DNA of 64,000 nt from Cenarchaeum sp. (lineage in GTDB: Archaea; Thermoproteota; Nitrososphaeria; Nitrososphaerales; Nitrosopumilaceae). The notes below the pieces were generated by a model, which ran no database searches, had not been told where the DNA came from, and worked only from the letters and a program-made list of their open reading frames with translations. Numbering within the stretch: the first letter of the stretch is position 1; every line of letters begins with the position of its first letter. The DNA is taken from the NCBI GenBank assembly GCA_965212015.1, contig OZ243037.1, forward strand, positions 512,001 to 576,000, read 5' to 3'. Below, in pieces: positions 29,586 through 40,000 of this stretch. Made by a program: the position numbers and the translations under genes.

Positions 29586-30992
29586 GTAATCAGTTAGGTT
29601 GAGCACGAGGCCAATTTTCCCTGATCCACCCGATCTAAATAATTTTGAGATCAGAGCACCTCATTGCCCGATCCCTCGGAATTCAAGATTTTACGCGACG
29701 AGATGGCCCGACTTGTTGCAGAGGTGAAGAAAAGAGACACCCGTCTAGGGGAGGCATTTCATATAATCGACGGACTGAGAGCGCAAAATACTGAGATAAG
29801 GTTGGAAAACACCAATATGAAAAATCTTCTTGCATACTATCAGAATCCCCACTCGCCGCCCTCGTAAAACTCCATTCCATCCAGTAAGAGAAAATCTGAC
29901 GGATCCGGCACAGCACAAAAAGCCGGGCCGCAAAACAGGGCACCTCACACCACAGGCGCTCATCCAAGACCGAACACCACAAGCTTGACAAATGCGCCGA
30001 ATGCGGCAGTCGCAACCTGCAAGAGACCACAATATCAAAGCAGATCACCGACATTGAGTCTATTCCGCAGTGTACTATTATCACGAACGTATCATACAAC
30101 TGCGTATTCAGGAACTGTAAAGCTAAACTCGAGGCGATGCCAGACACGAAAGGCACGTCACTTGGCCCCAACATCCTGTGCGTTATCACATAGATGTGGG
30201 ACAACGGGACGAGCATAGATTCCATCAGGGAGTCGCTCAACATGTTTGGATTAAACGCATGCAAGGCCACCATACAGCACGCCCTGTGTGCAATAGGGAA
30301 CGGGCTCGCATCATAGGCGGATCACATACGCGAGTCCATGTCCGAATCAACGCAAAGATGGACTATACACCGTACCCCATAGAAAACAGGCAGGGATATG
30401 TCTGGGCATGCATGGGGGACGATGCCGTATCAATAACTGTTGCCAGAACAAGGGCACAGGCCGTACTGTACAAGTATTATCCGCACTGGGATACGCCGAT
30501 AACGTGTGATGGATATTCCGGGTATGGCCAGTTCCGCATCCGGCAGGTGCTGGTCTCACATACTGCGCGAATCAGGCGATCTTGGGGATGGCGATCCGGA
30601 AATGCAGATACTGCACCAAAAACTGCAGCGACTGTTCTGCGAGGCAAAGCTTGCTACCCCGGATATCGGGAATGTTGAATATGACGCCATGATCATCCGG
30701 GTCAAAAGCATCGCGCAGATGCATCTGGATCAAAGTTTGGCACCAAACTGGATAATGCGGCAGATGATCTGTTCACGTTCATACGGCATCCCGGGATGGA
30801 GCCGACAAACAACGAGTCCGAAAGGATGATACGCCGCGCGGTGATTCACCGGAAGATTCGGATGAGGATCGCGACGGCAGGAGGCATGGATATGTTTGGC
30901 ATACTGTTGACGTGCTTTCTGAGCTAGTGCCGGCAGGGCCTGAACAGGGCAGAAAAGCTGCGGGAATTGCTAGGGGCGACCTAACCGGTTAC
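29586..30992 (+). mobile_element. Degenerate IS66-family element (single-ORF, ISBst12-like) with imperfect terminal inverted repeats
   Basis: Left end GTAATCAGTTAGGTTG versus reverse complement of right end GTAACCGGTTAGGTCG (13/16). GTAA ends are typical of IS66. No 8-bp TSD visible. Confidence 0.85.
29664..30984 (+). pseudogene. tnpC: IS66 transposase with multiple stops and frameshifts
   Basis: Fragments in different frames: coiled coil then NPHSPPS, KPGRKTGH, CAECGS zinc finger, GYVW, CDGYSGY, CWSHILRE, EPTNNESERMIRRAVIHRKI. Confidence 0.88.
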
Positions 30993-31016
30993 ATTTTCTG
31001 TACGAGGCCACCATGC

Positions 31017-34000
31017 CGGCCATGCACGGGCCGCGTACACTGTGTCAGGACGCACGTGACAAAGCCGGACATTCACTTTATGGCATCCCAGAGCATGCCA
31101 GGTACGGGAGCTGGCAGGCGCTATCTGCCGCCGGTGCCGTCAAACTCTGGCGCGCGCACCCCGTATGCCGCATCCCGCAGATCCTCCATTTTTTCCATGT
31201 GCCACTCAAGCTTTGCGCCAAAGGCGTCACACGAGCGCTTGTTTACGTCCGTGCAGGCACTTGCCATGTTCGGCGAGGGCGTGGTGAGTGACATCCACGT
31301 ACCGTACGAGTTTTTGGTCCACTGGTATCCGAGCTGATCCGTCCATACGTCGGCCAGCTTGTCTGTTCTGACGAGCGTCAGATCAGTCGTACCGGGCTGG
31401 CCTAGAACGTGTCTCGTGATGTTATACTGTGGCGGTGCGTTCATTGATTTTCCGGTTACTTCCAGTCCGTCGTTCATATAGTGGACGGTGGTGTACCGCT
31501 TTGAGTCAAGGGCGTGTATCACGAATGGCGTGTCGTACATTTCCTCCCGGAACGTCACGTCTTTTATCGACAGTACCACACACGTGTCCTCCTTGTCCGT
31601 CGGAAGGCACTTTTCCCTCTTTATTGACACGCCGGCATCGTGGCTTATTATGCCGTTTTTGTCGTCGTATTCCGTGCCGACTATACTGTACGTAGAGTCG
31701 GAATCATAGTCCCGCTCCAGGCGCACCGTTATCTGCGCCTCAGCGGTGTTTACAGGAAACCCAATTCCGTCCACCCCAAAGCCGATTCCCAGCATCCTCA
31801 GCCCGTTTGGCGCCGACGTCTTTAGCTCGAAATCATGCGTCGAGTTTGTCCTGATGTGTTCTGTGTAATCCACGTGATACGACAGGACGTCCCTGCACGT
31901 ACCGTCCATGGAATAGCCGCAGTCGACTAGCTTGTCTCCCCATATGTAGGATACGCCAAACGTCGGCTTTGTCCTCCACTGGGAGTTTGTGCCGTCGTCT
32001 CCGGATTCTGCCACATGCAGCGCAACCATCGCCATGTCGCTGTTTCTTGGATCAGAGACGTCAATCGCGGTTACCATGAGGTCAAATTCGCCGTCTTGCT
32101 CCGGCGTCCATTCAAAAACCCCATCCACAGTTATCGATCCGTAACCCGTGGCCGAATCGTCCACCGTGGAAAATACTATCGGCCCGGTAATGTCCTCGTC
32201 GTCGGCTATCAAGAATTGAAGCCGTATGGGCTCTGCCACGGGATAACTCGAGGATATGTTTGGTACTATTATCCTGAACGGATCCGTCACCGGCGTGACG
32301 GTTACCTTCATGGTGTCCCGTATTTCACCCATGCCGTCTGACGCCGATACGGTTATCGTGGAATTGCCGTTTGCATCCTTTACCGAACTAACCTCCATCA
32401 TCTCTCCGGAAATTCGCGCCCGGAGTATGTTCGGCTCCATGACGACTAGCTCGTATGCAAGATCATTGCCGTCCGGATCACTGAAATGATCGCCAAGCCT
32501 GATTTCAAACGGTTCAAAATCCTCCAACATTGTAACGTCCCGCAGCGGCATGTCAATCACCGGAATGTCGTTTACATAGCCGACTTCCAGGACGAATGTA
32601 TCCCTTGCAGATTCCATGCCGTCGTCTGCCGTAATGGTTATCACCACGTCGCCAAACGCCATGCCGACAGATGATATTTTCAGCATGTCTGCCTCTGTGA
32701 TTTCAACTCTTGCCGCGCCGCCTGTCGCCATCGCATTATACGTCAAGTCGTCCCCGTCGACGTCCGCAAAGTGACTTTCTATTTCTATCTCAAATGGGGC
32801 AAAGCTCTCGTCTCTCCCAAGATCTACAAACCCTGTCTCCAGTGTGGGCGGGTCATTCACCGGGTTTACCGTCATTTTAAGTTCGTCCCGTATGGTGATC
32901 CTGCCGTCAGTTGCCGTTATTTCAAACGTGGCCTCACCGTTCAGGTCCTGTAGGGAACCCAACGTCAGCGTATTTCCAGAGGCGGACGCAGAGATCAGAC
33001 TAGCCGGGCCCGTCACATCAAACTCCAGCGCATCTCCGTCCGGATCACTGAAATGAATAGACAGGTCTATCAGAATGACGCCAAAGTCCTCGTCCCGTGT
33101 GACGTCCGGCAGCGGCGAATCCAATATGGGCGCATCGTTTATGGAATCAACCGTCAGGACGAATGTGCCGCGCGCCGTCTCCCCGTCTATGTCGGTTGCC
33201 GTTACAGTAATTGTCACGCCTCCAAACGCCATAGCTGTCGACGTTATCTCAAGCATGTTGCTTCCTGTAATTCCAGCCGTTGCCGCGCCACCGACAACTG
33301 TCACATCATACGCCAAGTCATCGCCGTCTATGTCTGTAAAGTGACTTTCAACTTCGATCTCAAAGGAGACAAAGTCCTCGTCCTGTGTAATGTCCTTGAA
33401 CGGCGAGGACAGTACGGGTGCGTCATTCACCGGCGTCACCGTCATCACAAAGCTGTCCTGTATCGATTCTGACCCGTCGCTTGCCGTTATCATCAGTGTG
33501 GCCGCACCGTTCAAGTCCTGTATGGATTCCACCGTCAGCACATTCCCAGAGACGTCCGCCGTGACCACGCCGTCCTGTCCTTCCACAGTATAGTCCAGGC
33601 TGCCCCCGTCCGGATCACTAAAATGAATAGACAGGTCTATCGTAAAGGCCTCAAAGTCCTCGTTCCGTGTGACGTCCGGCAGCGGCGAATCCAGCACCGG
33701 CGCATCATTTACGGAATCAACAGCAAGGATGAACTCATCGCTTGCCGTTTCCCCGTCCGGATCACCGGCCGTAACGGTGATTGTCGCGCTTCCGAATGCC
33801 ATGCTTGTCGCGGTGATCTCTAGCATGTCATCGCTCGTGATTACAACAGACACCACATCCACGTCTGTCGTCGCACCGTACGTCAGATCGTCTCCGTCCA
33901 CGTCCGTAAAGTTACCCGACGGGTCTATCGTAATGGCCGCAAAGTCCTCGTCCCGTGTAATGTCATTGAACAGCGAGGACAGTACGGGTGCGTCGTTTAT

Positions 34001-37000
34001 TGGCGTTACCGTCATCTCAAAGCTGTCCTGTATCGATTCTGGCCCGTCGCTTGCCGTTATCGTCAGCATTGTATTTCCGTGCGCATTCTGTATGGGATCT
34101 ATTGTCAGTGTGCTTCCGTCGATACTCAGAGATACAACTCCGCCGGTTGACTCGTTTACAGTGTATTCCAGACCGGTACCGTCAGGATCCCTGAAATGAT
34201 CCGACAGCATTACAGTAAAGGCCTCAAAGTCCTCGTCCCGTGTGACGTCCGGCAGCGGTGAATCCAGCACCGGCGCATCGTTTACGGAATCAACCGTCAG
34301 GGTGAATGTGCCGCGCGCCGTTTCCCCGTCTCCGTCGGTTGCCGTGACTGTAATTGTCGCGCTTCCAAACTCCATGCTTGCCGCAATGATCTCCAGCACG
34401 CCGTTATTCGTGATTCCAGCTGTTACCACACCCACATCTGACGTAGCATCATACGTCAGTACATCGCCGTCCACGTCAGTAAAGTTGCCCGACGGATCTA
34501 TTGTAATGGCCGCAAAATCCTCGTCCCGTGTAATGTCATTGAACATCGAGGACAGTACGGGTGCGTCATTCACAGGCGTCACCGTCATCTCAAAGCTGTC
34601 CTGTATCGATTCTGACCCGTCACTTGCCGTTATTGCCAGTGTGGCCGTACCATGCACGTTCTGAATCGAGCTGATTGTCAGAATATTTCCAGAAACATCT
34701 GTCGTGATTATACCGTCCTGGCCCGTCACAGTATAATCCAGATTGCCACCGTCCGGATCACCGAAATGGTCCGATAGGTCTATTGTAAGGGAGTTAAAGT
34801 CCTCGTCTTCCGTCCTGTCCTGTAACGGTAGATTTTGTATCGGCTCGTCATTTACGGAATCAACAGTCAGACCGAATGTACCGCTTGCCGTTTCTCCGTC
34901 CCCGTCGGTTGCCGTGACAGTAATTGTCACGCCTCCAAACGCCATATCTGTCGACGTTATCTCCAGCATGTTATCATCCGTGATCCTAACAGTTACCACA
35001 TCCACGTCCGCCGCTACAGCATACGTCAACTCATCCTCATCTACATCCGTAAAGTTGCCCGACGGGTCGATCATAAATGTCGCAAAGTCCTCGTTACGTG
35101 TAATGTCATTGAACGGCGAGGACAGTACGGGTGCGTCATTCACAGGCGTCACCGTCATCTCAAAGCTGTCCTGTATCGATTCCGTTTCATCGCTGGCCGT
35201 TATCGTCAGTGTGGAGTTCCCATGCGCATTCAGCACGGAGCTGACTGTCAATATTGAGCCAGAGATGCCGGTCGTGACGATTTCGCCCTGGTTGTCCACA
35301 GCATAATTTAGATTGTTGCCGTCCGGATCACTAAAATGAATAGACAGGTCTATTGTAAAGGCCTCAAAGTCCTCGTCCCGTGTGACGTCCGGCAGCGGTG
35401 AATCCAGCACCGGCGCATCGTTTACGGATTCAACAGTAAGGATGAACTCATCGCTTGCCGTTTCCCCGTCCGGATCACTGGCCGTAACGGTGATTGTCGC
35501 GCTTCCAAACTCCATGCTTGCCGCAGTGATCTCCAGCATGTTGTTTACAATACTTACTGTTGCTGCGTCACCGACTGATGTCGCATCATACGTTAATTCA
35601 TCCCCGTCGACATCCGTAAAGTTGCCCGACGGGTCTATCGTAATGGCCGCAAAGTCCTCGTCCCGTGTAATGTCATTGAACGGTGATGACAATACAGGCG
35701 GATCGTTTACCGGGGTTACCGTCATTTTAAATTCATCCCGAATCGATTCCGACCCGTCACTTGCCGTTATTGCCAGCGTGGCCGCACCGTTCACGTCCTG
35801 TATGGATTCCACCCTCAGCACATTCCCAGAGACGGCTGCCGTGACCACGCCGTCCTGGCCGCTCACAGTATAATCCAGGCCGTTCCCGTCCGGATCACTG
35901 AAATGATCCGACAGGTCTATCATAAAGGCCTCAAAATCCTCGTCCCGTGTGAGATCTGGCAGCGATGTATCCAGTACCGGCACATCATTGACGGAATCAA
36001 CCATTAGGACGAACGCACCGCTTGCCGTTTCTCCGTCCCCATCGCTTGCCGTAACGGTGATTGTCGCGCTTCCAAACTCCATGCTTGTAGATGAAATTTC
36101 CAGCATATTGTTCACGATACTGACTGTCGCCGCACCTCCGACTACCGTCGCACCATACGTCAGTACATCCCCGTCGACATCCGTAAAGTGGCTCTGAACT
36201 TCTATCTCAAAGGAGTCAAAGTCCTCGTCCCGTGTAATGTCCTCAAACGGCGAGGACAGTACGGGTGCATCGTTTACAGGCGTCACCGTCAACACAAACT
36301 CATCCTGTATGGTGGCCTCACCGTCGGTTGCCGATATTCTCAGCGTGGCGCTGCCATGTGCGTCCTGTATGGATTCCGCCGTCAGGACGTTTCCAGAGAC
36401 GGATGTCGTGACCAGATCATCCTGTCCCGTCACATCATACGCCAATGCGTCCCCGTCCGGATCGCTGAAGTGACCAGACAGGTCTATCGTAAAGGAGCCA
36501 AAGTCCTCCTGTACGGTCCTGTCAGGCAGTTCATCCAGTACGGGCGCGTCATTTACCGGAATGATTATCAGGATAAACAGATCCTCAGCCGTTTCCATGC
36601 CATCACTTGCCGTGACCCTTACCGTCGGGTTTGATGTCTCGTCCTTTATTGATGATATTTCCAGTATGTTCCCGTCTCTAATATTGACCGTTACCGTTTT
36701 GCCAAATAGTATCACGCTGTACTCCAGTATGTCCCCGTCAGGGTCGCTGAAATGCTCGTCAAGCTCTATCTCAAAGGGTACAAAGTCCTCATCCAGCAAT
36801 ATGTTGGAAATTCCTAATGATACGGGTGCGTCATTTACTGGCCTTACCACAATCTCAAAGCTTTCCGCTACGTTTGCAATGCCGTCATCCGCCGTCACCT
36901 GTATGGTGGTGTTCCCGTGTACGTCCGGTATGGAACTAATAGTCAGAATTCCCTCCGAAACATCATGCGATATGACGCCCGTCTCGGACTCTGTCACCGT

Positions 37001-40000
37001 ATACTCTAGCACGTCCCCGTCAAAATCGCTGAAATGATCCGCCAGTCTAACATCAAAGGCCTCAAAATCCTCGTCTATAGTCCTGTCCGGAATACTCTGG
37101 CTGGTCGGCACTTCGTTGATACGCCTGACCTCAAGCGCGAATGCTCCGCTTGCTGATTCTTCTGCGTCACTTGCCGTGACGGATATCATCACGTCCCCGT
37201 ACGCCATCCCCCTCGACGACACCTCCAGCGTGTCGTCCCGTATAATGCCGGCCGTCACCGTGCCGCCGTCCGTTTCAACGGAATAACTCAGCTCATCGCC
37301 GTCGACATCCGCAAAGTGTACGTCCAGTCCGATTTCAAACGCGTCAAAACCCTCGTCGACTATCATGTCCTGGAATTCCACGTCTAGTACGGGCGCATCA
37401 TTTACGGGGCTTATGACAAGCTCGAAATCATCTTGCCCGTCCAGGTTCCCGTCATTTGCAGTCACCGTTACGGTGGTGTTGCCGTTAATGTCCGGCATGG
37501 AGCTCAGGACGAGCGTATCCTGTATGATGGCCGTCCCTATAATTTCACCCGTCGATGTCACGTCAAACGTCAGCTCGTCCCCGTTCATGTCGGTAAAATG
37601 TGCCGACAGATCGGTCATGTCGCTCCCAAAGTCCTCCGGCAAAACGCGGTCAGGCAGCGTGGTTTTCACCTCCGGCGCCCTCTTTGGCTCGTTTACACGT
37701 ATGGTAAACCGGTCGCTTATCTCCGCACTTCCGTCCGATACTGTTATCGACACTGCCGCCCCGCCGTGCGCATCAAATACGGGTCCTATCCCCAGAATGC
37801 TTCTCTGGGTTATCTCTACAGTTATTATTCCCCCTTCGGTCCCCGCAGTATACGTCAGCTCATCCCTGTCCACGTCTGTGAAAAAGTCATCCAGATTGAT
37901 CATATACGGGGCAAAATTGGCCTCAAATATGTCCCCGCCCAGTATGGCAGTAGCCCTCGGCGGGTCGTTTACAGGCATTACGTCCAGCCCAAAACTTGCC
38001 GGTACGCCGTCGGCTGTCACCGTTATGGTTGCCGTACCGTGTATGTTGCTTATCGAGCGCATCACAATCTCGCCCTCCTCTATCGAGACTGTTGCCACAG
38101 GATTGTCTATTAATATGTCATATGCGGGATCGCTGTCAACGTCCGTAAAATGACCCTCCAGTACAATCCTCTCGATTCCAAAGTCCTCGTTTAATACTAT
38201 ATCATCAAACGGTATGGCCAGTACGGGCGGGTCATTTGCAGGTTCTATCTGCATGGCAAATTCCTTGCCCACATCTTTCGCACCGTCGTCTGCCGTCACT
38301 GTTACAGTCACGTTTCCGTGCGCATCAGGTACCGGCCTTATCCGTATGCTCTCACCTGTGATATCCAATAGAACGTATTCCGGAGCGGCTACGGCCGTGT
38401 AATCCAATTCATCCCCGTCCACGTCTGCAAAGTGTCCCGCCAGACTCACAGGGAACGCATCAAAATCCTCCACCCTTGCCACGTCTGTGAAACTGCCGAC
38501 TGCCACAGGCGGATCGTTTACCGGCGTGACAATAAAGTTGAACGTCTTGTCTGCACTCGCCCTCTCGGTGTCGACTGCGATTATTACAACCTCCCGCGTT
38601 CCGTGTGCGTCGGGCACCGGTTCCACATTCAGCCCCGACCCGTTCAAATTTATGAGCACCGTGCCAGAACCGCCCGGTCTCAGACCGTATGTGAGGTTGG
38701 TATCCTCTGGATCAAAAAAGTGGTCATCCAGGTCTATTGTGAACGCATCAAAGTCTTCCATTACGACTACGTCGGCTATTTTGTCGGCCAGCGGCCTGTT
38801 GTTTTTCGGGTCTATGGTACTTGGAGGTTCCAAATCGTCGTCGGGTCGGGGATCATCTGGGCCGGGATCCTTGTTGTCAGGTGGTTTTTCATCGTCAGGT
38901 GTAGGCGTATCGACTGGCGGCTCCGTCATGCCGGCGCGTATCACGACGCTTGCCTGTCTTGTTATTGTAAATTCGGCATCCGACGCCGTGACCTCTATTC
39001 TGCTCAGTCCCGTCCGGTCCGGTACGGAATCTACCGTGAGAATGACGCCGTTCACCTGTACATCCACTATCCTGCCGAACAGGTCAATGTTTTTGGTCTC
39101 TGCTGTGTATACTAGTGTGTCGTTTTCGGGATCGCCAAAGCGATCATTCAGGTTGATTGTAAACGGTTTAAAATTTTCAACAAGTGAATACCTTGTAGGC
39201 AGCTCGCCGTACGGCGGATCGTTTTCGGGCAGTACCATAATTGCAACCGCACTAGTCGCGCCCAGATCTCCGTCATTTGCCGTTATTTCGACCAATGTGT
39301 CCCCGTGGAGGTTCTCTATGGATCTTAGCTCCAGTGTGTTCCCTGAAATTCCCGCCCGTATAATTCCACCCGTCACCGCCTCGCCATATTTGAGCTCGTC
39401 CCCGTCAACATCCGTAAAGTATTGCGCAAGATCAATCCTCTCCACCCCAAAGTCCTCCCGCAGCGTAATGTCTCCGCGTGCCACCGGCACCGGCGCATCG
39501 TTTACCGGTGTTACTATTATCTCAAAGTCCTGCTCACGATCCGCCGTTCCCAGATGCGCCCTTATCGTGACAGTCGTGTTTCCGTGTGCATCCTGTACGG
39601 ATGTAATGTGCAGTTGGTCCCCGTTTATCTCTAATCCGACCAGATCCGAATCCGATAAGACGGCAAATTCCGCGCCTATCGTGTTAAAGTGGCTGGCCAC
39701 GTCAATTATCTCATTCCCAAAGTCCTCCCTTAACTCAAGATCGTCAAATCTGTCTCCCTCCGGCAGTTCGTTTGCCTCCGTTACTAGCAGGTTGAAATCT
39801 GCCCGAACCACATCCTGCGTATCATTCGCGATTATCCGTATTGTGGTGTTGCCGTGTGCGTTCGGTATGGACGTTACTGTGACTGTTGTGCCCTCGATGC
39901 TCGTCTCCGCCACGTCTTTATCCAGTGCACGTACCGAATACTCCAGTGTGTCGCTCTCCCTGTCAAAGAACCTGCCGCCCAGCTCTACCGTAAACGGCTC

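Noticed and set aside
29578-31000. 8-bp target-site duplication around the IS66
   Set aside because: The flanks TTATAAAA and ATTTTCTG do not match.
8143-31980. Diversity-generating retroelement (VR/TR) between the two similar C-termini
   Set aside because: Differences are not adenine-restricted, similarity is mainly at protein level, and no reverse transcriptase is present in the window.
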